From the NCBI RefSeq assembly GCF_006345805.1, contig NC_042999.1, positions 21,886,001-21,950,000 of the forward strand: a stretch of DNA of 64,000 bases, read 5' to 3'. The notes below the pieces were generated by a model. That model was not told where the DNA came from, ran no database searches, and saw only the letters and a list, made by a program, of their open reading frames with translations. Positions 1 to 12,703 of the stretch are shown here, in pieces. The first letter of the stretch is position 1, and each line of letters opens with the position of its first letter. The translations under genes were made by a program, and so were the position numbers. Source of the stretch: Octopus sinensis. Lineage: Eukaryota.

Positions 1-440
1 CATCTCTCCTTGTCGCGTGTATTTGGTTCCTAAACAGTGCAGGTATGTACGTTACGCAATATGCATGCAGTTTCAAGTAATGCCGATACGCGTAGATTGT
101 AGGATAGGTCTAAATTTTCCAGATGTTTCTTCAGTTTGGGTGGTATTGAACCCTATGCTTCGATGGCAACAGGGACAACATTTACGTCTAACTCCCATAG
201 ATGCCACATCTTGGCGATCTCTATTCTCAGGTCTCTATACTTAGCAATCTTTTCTCTTTCTTCCATGATAATATGTTGATCTACTCCCTGCTACGTCGAT
301 TATTAGGTAATCTTGTTATTATATCTGGCCTCCAGTGCTGTAGCAACTTGTCTGCTTGGAAGTCAAAGATCCAGAGGATTTTTGCCTTCCCCTTTTCGTC
401 CATTCCTTGTTCTAGTGTATGTTGGTAACAAACACCCGTT
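1..440 (-). mobile_element. Degraded 3' end (restriction-like endonuclease domain) of an R4/Dong/NeSL-type non-LTR retrotransposon
   Basis: Minus-strand manual translation gives KILWIFDFQADKLLQHWRPDII and, in another frame, EEREKIAKYRDLRIEIAKMWHL..VNVVPVAIEA*GSIPPKLKKHL..SALLETACILR. These match RLE-domain motifs; stops and frameshifts present. Confidence 0.8.
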
Positions 441-599
441 TAGTGCGCTGGACGAAATCGGACAATACAATACAAGGGACAAGTGAGGTGTTGAACAATG
501 TCATGTAAACAATAAGTAACCAAAAAAAAAATAATAAAACAACTATTCCATAAAAGTTCCCCCCAAAAGCGGGGAGTTCTTCACAGGGACAACCGCAAA

Positions 600-870
600 G
601 CCCTACACAACCTCGTTATCCCAACCGCCAGGTACACCTCAGCAGGCGCCATTCTCCTTCTCAAATCCTCCGGTTCACAAACGGAAGTTCAGAGTAGGCT
701 CATTCACACGGGCCATCCTCGCCATACACACCCACCTGTCAAGAAATTTACTGGTGGGTGGGGACGAACTTCTTTGTCTACCCTCACTGTCTTTTGCAAT
801 TGGGACTTGAAAAACTCAATGAGGGACGGACCGAAGGTGTAAAGTCTCTTGTCTTCCGTCCTTTCAATCT
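600..870 (+). mobile_element. Possible Penelope-like 3' relic
   Basis: Weak peptide APFSFSNPPVHKRKFRVGSFTRAIL resembling a GIY-YIG C-terminus, followed by a hammerhead-like variant motif at 815-846. Confidence 0.3.
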
Positions 871-1480
871 TTTACTTTGTTCTGTCGAGGGTTTTTTTTT
901 GTGGTGTTTTACCAGATTTCTTATTTTATGTTGGTGAAGTAGACAATATTCGCAAGACTTCATTTCCTCTTGGAAACCAAGCGACTGTCCAATAGGCTAT
1001 CGAAAACAGATATAGGTTATAGTAATTTATAGTCACAATATATCACGTCTTTGCTAAATTGATTGGTCTGATTGCCGTCGGCAACGTAGACAATTAATTA
1101 ATTAATTAATTAATGATGCACACAACAGAGAATGTTACATAATCAGTAATATATACTTAAATATAACTAATGATCAACAATATTACAGCTGAATGCTTTC
1201 GAATGAAGTAACAAAGAGAATCGAAACCTTTGAAGGGAATCCGGTCGCGGAGAAATAAAAGGAAAGCACACTGTCTTTCTTTTACTTTATATATAAGACA
1301 TGATGAAATATCATAACAGTACATAAACTATTTTCTTCAACCAATGTATCTACTTTCGACAGCAAATCTAAAAATGTATTTTCACAAACGACACACTCCG
1401 ACTGCTCTGTTTTATATCAATTTTACTCTTTATATATTGCTTTTTCATTATACATTGACAAACACACGCACACTCACGCA

Positions 1481-1589
1481 CAACGTGAAATAAAGTGTCT
1501 TGCTCAAGGACCCATGTGTCACCGGGAATCGAACTCGCAACCTTAGGATCATGAGCCGAATGCCCTAACCACTAAGCCACGCGCCCTCA
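1481..1589 (-). mobile_element. tRNA-derived SINE head fragment (family D)
   Basis: Reverse complement of the head of the SINE at 4142 (GGCGCGTGGCTTAGTGGTTAGGG..GTTCGATTCCC..CCTTGAGCAAGACAC). Confidence 0.8.
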
Positions 1590-1602
1590 TTCATACATAC
1601 AT

Positions 1603-1691
<89 letters not shown>

Positions 1692-1998
1692 GGGGGCGCA
1701 ATGGCCCAGTGGTTAGGGCAGCGGACTCGCGGTCGGAGGATCGTGGTTTCGATGCCCAGACCGGGCGTTGTGTGTGTTTATTGAGCAAAAACACCTAAAG
1801 CTCCACGAGGCTCCGGCAGAGGGTGGTGGCGATCCCTGCTGTACTCTTTCACCCCAACTTTCTCTTAGTCTTTCTTCTGTTGGCCTGCTCGCTTAGCCAG
1901 CGCGGTAGCGTCATTTGAAGGCTAAAACAATGCGAAGCGCATTGTGACCAGCGATGTGTAGCAACATCTGATAGCCTGGTCGGTCACGTGATCACGTG

Positions 1999-2000
<2 letters not shown>
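1692..2000 (+). mobile_element. tRNA-derived SINE family A, tail type 2 (ends CACGTGATCACGTGA)
   Basis: A/B-box-like head GGCGCAATGGCCCAGTGGTTAGGGC..GGTTTCGAT; near-identical copies at 24841-25147 and 33873-34178. Confidence 0.85.
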
Positions 2001-2031
<31 letters not shown>

Positions 2032-2439
2032 TATATGAGCAAAACGCCCCCCCCCCGTCCAATGGACGGTGCTGAGTTGTCAAACATTTAAAAGTAAATT
2101 TTCTCAAAACAACTTGTCCGACCGTCACATAGACCTCCCCTTTGAGAAACACTGATTTAACCTAAATTTGAGACACCAGCAAAAGAAGAAATAAAGATAT
2201 ACTTTTTCTATTCCAAAGAAAAACGATTTTATTCACAGAAATATGTAACCGAAGAGTTTAAAGTACCAGTAATGATAAGGCTGTTGACTGGGAGAACACA
2301 AACATGGTTTAAACAGTAAGCTTGGCAGGAAAGAAACATGCCTTTAAGCAGTACAAAAACAGCAAAAATGGAAGGTGCAGTTATGTACAGGCAACGGAAG
2401 AAAAGCAGGACAAAAACGGCTTTATCGTTCGCATTCTCA

Positions 2440-2587
2440 CCTGGAATCGATTTTTGTAATTTTTTCAAGACTTATACACGCCCCGATACCGTCGGTATCT
2501 ACATATCAAATTTGAGCGCAATGGAGGATGCCCGAGATTCGAGAAGACACACACACAAACAAACAGACTGAACGGCTTTTATATAAG

Positions 2588-2588
<1 letters not shown>
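2440..2588 (-). mobile_element. Helitron-like 5' terminal fragment
   Basis: Minus strand starts A|TCTTATATAAAAGCCGTT; body CTCGGGCATCCTCCA..GCGCTCAAATTTGATATGTAGATACCGACGGTATC is shared with 39447-39575. Confidence 0.5.
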
Positions 2589-2646
<58 letters not shown>

Positions 2647-2654
2647 TGTGTGTG

Positions 2655-2955
2655 TGGAGACACATGGCCTAGTGGTTAGAGCAGCGGATCGTGGTCGAGG
2701 GATCGCGGGTCCGAATCTCAGACCGGGCGATGTGTGTGTTTATGAGTGAAACACCTAAGCTACTCGCTGCTCCGGCAGAAGGTAATGGCGAAATTCTGCT
2801 GACTCTTTCGCCATAACTTTCTCTCACTCTTTCCTCCTTCATCTTGCAGCTCACCTGCGACGGACCGGCGTCTGGTCCAGGTGTGAAAACTGTACGCCAA
2901 GGAAACCGGGAAACCGGCCCTAATGAACCAGGCATGGCTTCAGAAGGAACAAACA
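2655..2955 (+). mobile_element. SINE family A variant (tail GAAACCGGGAAACCGGCCC)
   Basis: Diverged family A head with a different 3' module. Confidence 0.7.
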
Positions 2956-2996
2956 TAGATATATATTATATTATATTACATGTATATATATATATA

Positions 2997-3327
2997 TGGC
3001 TCTGTGGTTAGAGCGTCGGGCATACGGTCGTGAGGTTGTGAGTTCGAATCCCGGACCGGGCTGCATGTTGTGCTCTTGAGCAAGACACTTTATTTCACGT
3101 TGCTCCTCTTCACTCAGCTGTAGAAATGAGTTGCGATGTCACAGGTACCAAGTTGTATCAGCCCCTTTGCCTTTCCCTTGGATAACACTGGTGGCGTGGA
3201 GAGGGAAAGGCCGATATGCAATGGCGACTGCTGGTCTTCAATAAATAACCTTGCCCGGACTTGTCCCTTAGAGGGTAACTTTCTAGATGCAATCCCATGG
3301 TCAGTCATGACCGAAGGAGGTCTCAGC
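2997..3327 (+). mobile_element. SINE with family D head and tail E
   Basis: tRNA-like head; tail ..GGGATTGCACCTAGAAAGTTACC (reverse) is shared with 5172-5395 and 26552-26760. Confidence 0.75.
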
Positions 3328-3523
3328 ATATACATACATATGTGTGCGTGAGTGTACGTGTGTATGTATTGAAACTTGGTGAACTTAGCTGAAAACACGG
3401 AAGCGTGAGGTAGATGAGTTTTTGAAAAAAAGGACGAATGGTGTAGGTTCGTGCAAGGAAATATGCGACTCTTACAGCAGGTTTCAAAACGTTTTCTACA
3501 AAATAGTCAAGAACGATACTTAC

Positions 3524-3732
3524 TTTTGAACGCCATGCTAATGGCATATATCTCATGACTAGATGAGCGAATTCATGAGAGAAAATATTCTCTTTGTGAC
3601 CGTAAGGGTCTTTATTATTACATAACACGATATCATCCAAACACAGTGAACGGGTACCAGAAATGCCTGCGATATGTTGCCATTTGCGTCCATCAAATGT
3701 ACACGTAATGGAGCAAGCACCGCTACATTTTC
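3524..3732 (-). CDS. Exon 4 (of those found) of a HEXXH zinc metallopeptidase-like gene; contains HEFAH
   Basis: Acceptor ttctttgcag|GA, donor AAA|gtaagt. Encodes (R)KCSGACSITCTFDGRKWQHIAGISGTRSLCLDDIVLCNNKDPYGHKENIFSHEFAHLVMRYMPLAWRSK; phase 1 in, phase 0 out. Confidence 0.9.
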
Positions 3733-3881
3733 CTGCAAAGAAATTGCCGAAAATTATTATCGTTTCAAAAGAAAATTTGTACAAAAGATTAAGAAATAAG
3801 GTGATGCCGTTTACATGGTCATTAAGTCTTTTCGAATCGCATTAAGGAAGAAGAGTGAAACAAATTCAAACAATAACTTAC

Positions 3882-4035
3882 TATAACATTCAGGTCGGTC
3901 GGCGAGGTTTTCATATTCTGGGTAGATGGTCGGACCCTCCGTCCTTGAAAACAGACCAGCGCCTAATGATCTTGTAAGGCCTTGAAATACCTCAACAGGC
4001 ATATACTTCACCATCTTTATCATGATTTGGGCTGC
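3882..4035 (-). CDS. Exon 3 of the metallopeptidase-like gene
   Basis: Acceptor ttatcttcag|GCA, donor TAT A|gtaagt. 154 nt encoding AAQIMIKMVKYMPVEVFQGLTRSLGAGLFSRTEGPTIYPEYENLADRPECY; phase matches exon 4 across a 149-nt intron. Confidence 0.9.
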
Positions 4036-4141
4036 CTGAAGATAATTTAAAGAAAATAATAATGGAGAGCGAAGATACGATTATTGTTATTTTGGGGTCT
4101 CAAGAAAATATATTTCACTGTCTACTTAAGCTACGGCGTGT

Positions 4142-4467
4142 GAGGGCGCGTGGCTTAGTGGTTAGGGCATTCGGCTCATGATCGTAAGGTTGTGAGTTCG
4201 ATTCCCGGCGACGCGTTGTGTCCTTGAGCAAGACACTTTATTTCACGTTGCTCCAGTCCACTCAGCTGGCAAAAATGAGTTGTACTTGTACTTCAAAGGG
4301 TCAGCCTTGTCACTCTCTGTGTCACGCTGATTATCCCCGAGAACTACGTTAAGGGTACACGTGTCTGTGGAATGCTCAGCCATTTGCACGTTAATTTCAC
4401 GAGCAAGCTGTTCCGTTGATCGTATCAGCTGGGACCCTTGTCGTCGTAACCGGCGGAGTCTTTTAAG
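4142..4467 (+). mobile_element. SINE with family D head and tail type 1, with TSD
   Basis: Flanked by the 12-bp direct repeat AAGCTACGGCGT (4128-4139 and 4468-4479). Confidence 0.9.
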
Positions 4468-4596
4468 AAGCTACGGCGTACGTTTTTCGTTTCCCTCTTT
4501 TTAAAATGAGTGAACTGAAACTGCTTATACAATCACTTTCTTTTTTTTTTTAGAATTAATACATTTTAAAAATTATTTTCTCACAATACTAAATGT

Positions 4597-4980
4597 GGGG
4601 AAGCACTCCGTCGGTTACGACGACAAGGGTTCCGGTTGATTCGAATCAACGGAACAGCCTGCTCGTGAAATTAACGTGTAAGTGGCTGAGCACTCCACAG
4701 ACACGCGTACCCTTAACGTAGTTCTCGGGGATATTCAGCGTGACACAGAGAGTGACAAGGCCGGCCCTTTGAAATACAGGTACAACAGAAACAGGAAGTA
4801 AGAGTGAGAGAAAGTTGTGGTGAAAGAGTACAGCAGGGACCACCACCATCCCTGCCGGAGCCTCGTGGAGCTCTATGTGCTTTCGCTCAATAAACACTCA
4901 CAACGCCCGGTCTGGGAATCGAAACCGCGATCCTACGACCGCGAGTCCGCTGCCCTAACCACTGGGCCATTGTGCCTCCA
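4597..4980 (-). mobile_element. SINE family A, tail type 1, full length with TSD
   Basis: 11-bp TSD ATACTAAATGT (4586-4596 and 4983-4993); near-identical to 24024-24410 and 49437-49809. Confidence 0.9.
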
Positions 4981-4993
4981 CTATACTAAATGT

Positions 4994-5953
4994 ACAACCA
5001 GGAGAGAGTTACGAAGAGGGCTAAGAGTACATTTATGCAGGCACCTAAAAGATTGCTCCCAAATTTCCCTTATGTAATCCCCTGAAGTTTTAATAGGGTT
5101 GGACTGCTATGGCATTATTGTACTAGCAAGACTGCTTCTCAAACAAATATTATAGATTGCTATATCTATCTAAGACCCCCTTCGGTCACGACACAGACCA
5201 TGGGATTGCACCTAGAAAGTTACCCTCCCAAGTACAAATCCGGGCAAGGTTGTTTATGGAAGACCAGCAGTCGCCCATGCATACCAGCTTCCCCTCGTCA
5301 CACCACTGATGTTATCCAACGGAAAGGCAAAGGCCGATACAGCTTGGCACCTGTGACGTCGCAACTCATTTCTACAGCTGAGTGAACTGGAGCCATGGAT
5401 ATCTTTTGAACATAGATCTGTGCAAACGAGGCTAGCGTGGTCCTAATTCATTACAATCCAGTGTGAGCAATGACTGGATTTTCTCTCAATATTACTGTTA
5501 GGTGGAACCTTCTGGCTTTCTCTATCGAATGCTGTTTGGCAGTAAAGATTATCTAAATCGAGTTAACACGAAATGTTCAATCGACTGGATAGGCCTTACA
5601 CTAGATAGGTCTGTTTAGTGAGCACTGATATAAGATCAGACAATAAGAACATCCTGGAGAAAGCCAGTACACTAGAAATCAATGAGTATTGTTTTTTTTA
5701 TCACGTGTTAACGTTTCCGAAAATCTCAGTTCTCTTGCTGTTCTGCTTTCAAAAAATCTCTTCTGCCTTCAGAAAATCTACACGAAATTCAAAAATCTGT
5801 TTGACGTTTATTCACTCTCGATCTATAATATTTGCCATAGCATTCCAACCCTATTAAAACTTCAGGGGATTATATAAGGGAAATTTGGGTGCAATCTTTT
5901 AGGTGCCTGCATAAATGTACTCTTAGCTCTCTTCGTAACTCTCTCCTGGTTGT
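4994..5953. mobile_element. Long-TIR (MITE/foldback-like) non-autonomous element
   Basis: ~120-bp inverted repeats (ACAACCAGGAGAGAGTTACGAAGAG..CCCTGAAGTTTTAATAGGGTTGGA versus its reverse complement at ~5830-5953). A SINE tail-E fragment lies inside at 5172-5395. Confidence 0.75.
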
Positions 5954-6774
5954 TTAATTCTCTGAATAAACCTCAATGTTATAAGATTGGGGAGCGATTC
6001 CGCAGAGGTGGTTCCAGAATAGATTATTCCCTACTTGAAATTCCTATGCTCTTTTACAGCACAAGGTGAAATTTCAGAGTGTGTAGACAAGAACGATATT
6101 ACAGAACTTTATTAAAATCACGTTTCAGAATAAAGTTATTGACTACTATTTAAACATAACATTATTCTATTCGGTACATTCAGAACTTGTTATTAAACAT
6201 CTGTAGATTCATCTCTTTTGAGAGTATGACGAAGAATTCCATTCTAGTTTTGTTTGCAATGGCACAGTTCTGTGAATCTGAATTTAATTCTCTTTCGTCA
6301 CTCAAAACAAAATCTAGGAATCTCCTGAATCTACAGGCAGATCTGTAGGTTGTAATCAGCAGGAAATTCCTACATTTTAATAGAGCCATAAATATGAACC
6401 AGGAACAAAGATAAAAATGAATTATATGTTCATAATTGCAAATGATATCATTATTTACATTTTTTCCTAATTGCTCAATTTATTTTTGTATTTTATGCAC
6501 TGAGTTCAAAGCTTGCATCAGTATTTAAGTATTTTCACGTGGTCAAATTAAAACATACAGTTATAAAACTGACTCTTTCAACTTCAAATGTGATATTACT
6601 TTTGTTAGGAGACCTTAGAATAAACATTTCACCCCATAGGAATATATAGAGGGCCGCTGATTTACACGATTGATAAACGTCCCACAATAGTAGTAGAATC
6701 GTCCTACATTCACGTCCCTTTAAATGGAAAGGATCGTTGAATGATACGGCTATTCTTATGACTTCGTAAAGACA

Positions 6775-7000
6775 CGAACTAGCAAACTCGTTAGCGCGCC
6801 GGGCGAAATGTTTAGCTGCATTTCGGCTGTCGTTACATTCTGAGTTCAAATTCCGCCGAGGTTGACTTTGCCTTTCATCCTTTCGGGGTCGATAAATAAA
6901 GTACCAGTTTCGTACTGGGGTCGATGTAATCGACTTAATCCCTTTGCCTGTCCTTAATTGTCCCCTCTGTGTTTAGCTCCTTGTGGGCAATAAAGAAATA
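6775..7000 (+). mobile_element. SINE family C
   Basis: GTTCTGAGTTCAAATTCCGCCGAGG..GCCTTTCATCCTTTCGGGGTCGATAAA..AGTACCAGT core, with many copies in the window. Confidence 0.85.
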
Positions 7001-7636
7001 TATCGTAGTTAGGCAAAATAAAAAGAACGTGAACGTCTAGATATGCTAATTTATCTTTTTACAATTTCCTTTAGAAGTAAACTGATCTTTTAAATAACAT
7101 GTTGCTAGTTACTGAACATATCGTTTATCGTGTTCGATATTTCATTAGAAGCTAAAGAATCAATTTAGCAGGAGCCGGTAATGTTAAAAGCTTTGAGACA
7201 ATAAGTTATTATTTGGGTGGAAGTGATACGAAGCTAGATAACAGTTGAAAGGTTAATAGATGTTTTCTTACTATTAGAAATGCTCGTTGAGTGTGTAATC
7301 AGGACCCTACTATTTCTCAAAATACCCAGTCATCATGGACAAAAACAAGGATTGTAGCATAGGAGCCGCACATTAATACAAATGAAGCTCGCACTTAGAT
7401 TGCTGCCACTGGTTCGAAAATCTGCATGCTTTCCTGTTTTAATTTGCTGTGGAGTGAGCTGTCATCTCCACAAGTGACTGTCAGTGAACTGGCCGTGTCT
7501 TAAAAATACATGAACCAGTAGACTGTTGAGGTCGAACTGTGAGAGCGCTAGCCTCGTTATTGTTTCTGTGTTGGAGCATTGGATTGTTATTGTGCGAACG
7601 GTTATAAGATAACCAACTCGTTACAGTGCTTATTGG

Positions 7637-8049
7637 GATCTTTACCTTTTGACCTACAGACTTAAAAAATAATTATTCGTAAGTAAACATTTTCAAACTT
7701 TGTACACTGGTATAATGTGTTATATAAAACATCTTTTACTCTTAGCATTTTTGAGAAAAACTTATATTTACGAAGTTATTTCACGTTAAAGTTGTCCTGT
7801 TTCGGTAATTTCAACCAATCAATGGCGTGTATTCAGCTGAATAAAATTACAGCCGTTGTTTGTCAACAACAACTATCGGCGGTGTATATTTCGTTTATCA
7901 CTGTTATTTATGACATCGTTCGTGCGTTTGTACTGGTTTTAAGATTTTAGGGTTAGGGTTGGGGTGTTAGGGTTAGGGTTTTAGGATTAGAGTTAGGGTT
8001 TTAGGTTTAGGGCTGTCATAAATAACAGTGACAAACGAAATATACACCG
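7637..8049. mobile_element. Truncated foldback element with central TTAGGG-like repeats
   Basis: Starts GATCTTTACCTTTTGACC like 48507; (TTAGGG)-like run at 7947-8012; right arm breaks off at ~8049. Confidence 0.8.
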
Positions 8050-8139
8050 AGCACAAAGGTCGATGTAATCGCCTTACACCATCGCCCGATATTGCTGGCA
8101 TTGTTCCAAAATTTGAAACCAATATTTCCCTATCGCAAG

Positions 8140-8635
8140 GCGACGAGCTAGTAGTATCGCTAGCACGCCAGGCACAATGCTCAGCTTCATTTCGTTCGTC
8201 ATTACGTTCTGGGTTCGAATCCTGCCAACGCTTTCTTTGCCTTCGATCCTTTCGGTGTCAATAAAATAAGTACCGTGGAGGCGCGTGGCTTAGTGGTTAG
8301 GGTGTCAACATCATGATCGTAAGATTGTGGTTTCGATTCCTGGACCGGGCGACGCCTTTGAGCAAAACACTACATTTCACTACATTTCATTACTGCAATC
8401 CCCTCAGCTGACAGAAATGAGTAACGCTGCGATGGACTGGCATCCCGTCCAGCTGGGGAACACATACGCCATAGAAACCCGGGAAACCGGGCCCATGAGC
8501 CTGGTTAGGCTTTAAAAAGTGGCACATATATTTTATTTTAAAGTAAGTACCTGTTGAGCACTGAATTGATGTAATCGCCTTTCTCCCTTCCCCAAAATGA
8601 CCGGCCTTGTACCAAAATTTTGAAACCAGAATAAA
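8140..8635 (+). mobile_element. SINE C interrupted by a SINE D/tail-3 insertion (8276-8520)
   Basis: SINE C halves join at a duplicated TAAGTACC flanking the inner SINE. Confidence 0.7.
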
Positions 8636-8686
8636 CCACTCGTTTTTGCAAATCAGATTAAATCATTGTAATGTACTGAAAATTAC

Positions 8687-8819
8687 CTTAGTAACAGCCA
8701 ATTCTGGAACTGTGTTGGTAGCTGTAAGAGCAATTACCGGTTCAGCTGGTCTGTAGTTGAAAATCCTACCAGCCTGATTAATATATTTCGAGCGGAAGGA
8801 GACTCTGCCATGGCTGATG
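8687..8819 (-). CDS. Exon 2 of the metallopeptidase-like gene
   Basis: Acceptor gatttttgtag|C, donor AAG|gtaatt. 133 nt encoding ISHGRVSFRSKYINQAGRIFNYRPAEPVIALTATNTVPELAVTK; phase 0 out matches exon 3. Confidence 0.8.
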
Positions 8820-8889
8820 CTACAAAAATCCGATTAGAAATAAAATTTACAAAAAAACAAATATGTGGTGTGAGACAATTTTTGCTGTG

Positions 8890-9042
8890 TATTCGTGGCT
8901 GCGTGGTAAGAAGCTTGCTTCCCAGCCACATGGTTCTTGGTTCAGTCTCACTGCGTGTCAAGTGTCTTCTACTCTAGCTCCGGGCCGACCAAAGACTTGC
9001 GAGTAGATATAGGTGGCAGAAACTGAAACATGTCGTGTGCGC

Positions 9043-9095
<53 letters not shown>

Positions 9096-9111
9096 ATGTG
9101 TGTGTGTGTGT

Positions 9112-9152
<41 letters not shown>

Positions 9153-9158
9153 GTGTGT

Positions 9159-9190
<32 letters not shown>

Positions 9191-9560
9191 AGCGTGTGTC
9201 GTTGCATCTGTGTTTCTCCTCACCGACCAAAGCCTTATGAGTAGATATGGTTGACGGAAACTGAAAGAAATATGTTTGTGTGTGTGTATATATACATATA
9301 TGTGTGTGTGTGTGTGTGTGTGTGTATGTATGAGCGTGTGTCGTTGTGTCTGTGTTTGTCCCCACCAGCGCTTGACAACCGGTGGTGGTGAGTTTACGTC
9401 CCCGTAACTTCGTGGTGCTGCAAAACAGAAGTTTAGAATAAGTACCAGGTTTAAAAAATAAAAAAATTCTGGGGTCGATTTGCTCCACCAAAAACCTTCA
9501 AGGCGGTGCCCCAGCATGGCCGCAGTCCAAGGGAGTGAAAGAAGTAAACGATAAAAGATA
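8890..9560 (+). mobile_element. SINE family B with internal duplication and internal (TA)n/(TG)n
   Basis: Head GTGGTAAGAAGCTTGCTT..CACATGGTT, tail CAGCATGGCCGCAGTC; the CCGACCAAAG..GAAACTGAAA segment occurs twice (~8985, ~9225). Confidence 0.8.
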
Positions 9561-9779
9561 ATCCACTTAATAATTAATAGTCAGATTCAAACAATGCAAA
9601 TATATCCGAAATATATCCCAGCATCAATGTAAACTTGTATGTGTTCGAGGAGGGGAGATGAGTGCGCTGGGCAGAAGTGGGTCAACTGAAATATGTCAAC
9701 TAAATCTATTGGCCAAGTTTATGACGAACCACATTGGAAACAATAACTTCACTCCATATTCGCTGTGTTCTCTTTTCTT

Positions 9780-10155
9780 CCATTTAAGGCTTTTGGACAG
9801 CGGCTCGAGGCTATAGTAGAAGATACTTGCCCAAGGTACCACGCAATGGGACAGAACCCAGAACCACTTTGTTCGTAAGCAAGCTACTTACCACACACTG
9901 TAATCTCGTGATTACAGTTTCAGATCACTAGGAACTTCTCGGCTGAAGAACGCACACCTGTCAAATGGGGGCTCACACGCACACAGACACATATACATAT
10001 ATATACAACGTGCTTCTTTCGGTTTCCGTATACCAAATCTACTCACAAGGCTTTGGTCGGCCTAAGGCTGCAGTAGACACTTTCCCAAGGTTCCATGTAG
10101 TGGAACTGAGCTTGGAACCGTGAAGCAAGCTTATTACCACGCAGTCACATCTACG

Positions 10156-10160
<5 letters not shown>
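9780..10160 (-). mobile_element. Degenerate SINE B fragments
   Basis: Reverse-complement matches to the family B head. Confidence 0.6.
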
Positions 10161-10215
<55 letters not shown>

Positions 10216-10482
10216 GAGAAACACCAGTACTATACGTGAGCCACTTCAAGTTTCAAGTTTCAAGTACACGGCAGGCTATATACAACCCTATCCTATAAGT
10301 GATGCACTATCTGAGCACGAAAAATTACGTAATTCACGTATAACTCTCGTATTAATCAGTATATATTGCCCTCTCACTGGACTGATTACTTTTTAGAGCG
10401 TTCTTTCAACAATCGATCATTACTCAATGCACAATCGTACCCCACCCCCCACACACACATACACACATACACAAATACACAC

Positions 10483-10585
<103 letters not shown>

Positions 10586-11486
10586 ATATTTATATTGACT
10601 AATTTTGTATTCTTTCAAGTTTTATGCAGCCAAGATGTGTTCGTCGTATCGTCTATGAATGACGAACATTTTCATTGTTAATGAAATTATTGACCTTCCA
10701 TGCAGTGAAATGACGTGTTGTAAATTTTCCATTAATTACACAATTGTCTCAACGTTAATTAAAAAATTTTAAAAAAACACTCCCAGTTGTCTGATGTACA
10801 AGAATTGCTTAGCAAAATCAATGGTCTATTACATACTAAACATCTTGGCAGAATAATAATGTAGATATTTCTAAATACCAGTCCCATCCAGGATTTCCGG
10901 ATATAATTGCCTGGCAAATTGATACTAGTTTTATCTTGAGTGAATTTAATACCGTATCCTTAATCACAATTTAACGCCCAGGACTAAGAAATGAATATAT
11001 ACATATCAAAGTAATGACTCATGAACAAACATTGTGTTTCGGGCATATCATCCATGAACGGAGCACAACAAGGCAAATATATTACTGAGAAATACTATAT
11101 AATAATCACTGAATGAAAACATATGCAAGTTAGGGTGAAATTAGTACATGTCGCCATAAGGACAAATTCTAAAGTGACGATTTTTACATCGAAAGTGGAG
11201 CCAATAAATAGTTTTGGAAATGAAAATCAGAATATTATAAGGTCAACTAAAAAATTGTAACACACCTATTTACGACATTCAATATCAATGGTTATTCCAT
11301 TTACCTCAAAATAGCAAATGCTGCAAATACTTACTGACGAATGCCGCTTCAACGGGTTAATTGAAGTGATAAAGTTGTCGTCAATTTAAGTGGTAATAAC
11401 TAAACTATGCCTTTGTAGAGCTACGTGTGAACAAAGTACTATATTTCATATAGGGACGGATACACACATAATTGTATATAAATATA

Positions 11487-11554
<68 letters not shown>

Positions 11555-11575
11555 GAGAAGGAGGAGAGTGGTTCA

Positions 11576-11623
<48 letters not shown>

Positions 11624-11788
11624 TATATATATAATTGCAGCGTGGAAGATGTTTATAAGACATTTAAAAACACACAAAAACCGTTAGATTCACTTCAACA
11701 TGGCTTATCCATTAGATTTGCAGACTCTATATATGCATACATACACACACATATGCACACACACACACACACACACACACATTATATA

Positions 11789-11830
<42 letters not shown>

Positions 11831-12156
11831 GGTGTTTATTTATCTACATGCATATGTGTGTATATATACGATTTGTACATATATATATATATATACGTGT
11901 GTGTGTGTGTACACACGCGTACGCATTTATATATAACATACGTAACTACACACATGCGCATATATATCTACACAATTATATATGCATATAGATAAGTATG
12001 TATGATTTAACTCTTTCCCTAGACAAACAGACGCATACACACATACTTATGTTATATGCTGTGTCACTGTGTGTGTGTGTGCGCGCGTATTTATCTATCA
12101 CTTCGTGGATATGTGTGATTCAATACCTACATCACTGATAAGTTTGTATCACTTAC

Positions 12157-12211
12157 TTTCCAAATCCAATTTCATAGTCGAGTAGCTGGGGAGGCGCTAT
12201 GGCCTGAGATG
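12157..12211 (-). CDS. Exon 1 (most upstream supported) of the metallopeptidase-like gene
   Basis: Strong acceptor ttttctgtttttcttttccattgtag|CA and donor GGA AA|gtaagtg. 55 nt encoding SQAIAPPQLLDYEIGFG; the only open frame ends in phase 2 and AA+C makes Asn, joining exon 2 in frame. Confidence 0.7.
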
Positions 12212-12703
12212 CTACAATGGAAAAGAAAAACAGAAAACTGTCAGTTAAAAGAAGTATAAAAAAAAAAGGATTATTAGATAATAGCTGAAGATTTTTAATC
12301 AACATATATTTTTTTCAAGTGTGATGTTAGTTTTATCAATTTGTGACATAAGAAATATCAACAAATCCGACAACGGTTGTCTGAGGAAGAGGCTTTGTTT
12401 GACTACTACTGAGACAAAAATAATTTATAGATACTACAAAGAACAATATGGTTTTGAATGTTATATATATATATTGATGTCTCGGTCATTCTGTTCGTGA
12501 TAGAGGGAATAAGTAAATTGATGTAAGCGATTGCAGTGTCTTTCTAGAAGATTCTGTAAGTTTATCATTTCGCTTCGTAAATTAAATTGCTGATGTAAAC
12601 TGAACATCCTACTGCATTAAGTGTGCTTTGTTCCTCCAAGTTCTGACAGTGTTTATTTTACAAGAATCAATTTAATCTTTCATCTCTCTCAGAAGTCAAT
12701 AAA

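Noticed and set aside
600-3500. Downstream exon of the peptidase carrying the third zinc ligand
   Set aside because: No phase-0 exon with a plausible E-Y/F-x-A-E motif was found; it probably lies left of the window.
4142-4215. tRNA genes at SINE heads
   Set aside because: A/B-box-like motifs run directly into SINE bodies with TSDs; no complete cloverleaf or acceptor stem.
7947-8012. True telomere or chromosome-fusion site
   Set aside because: Short, degenerate, and embedded in a foldback element that has a second copy at 48507.
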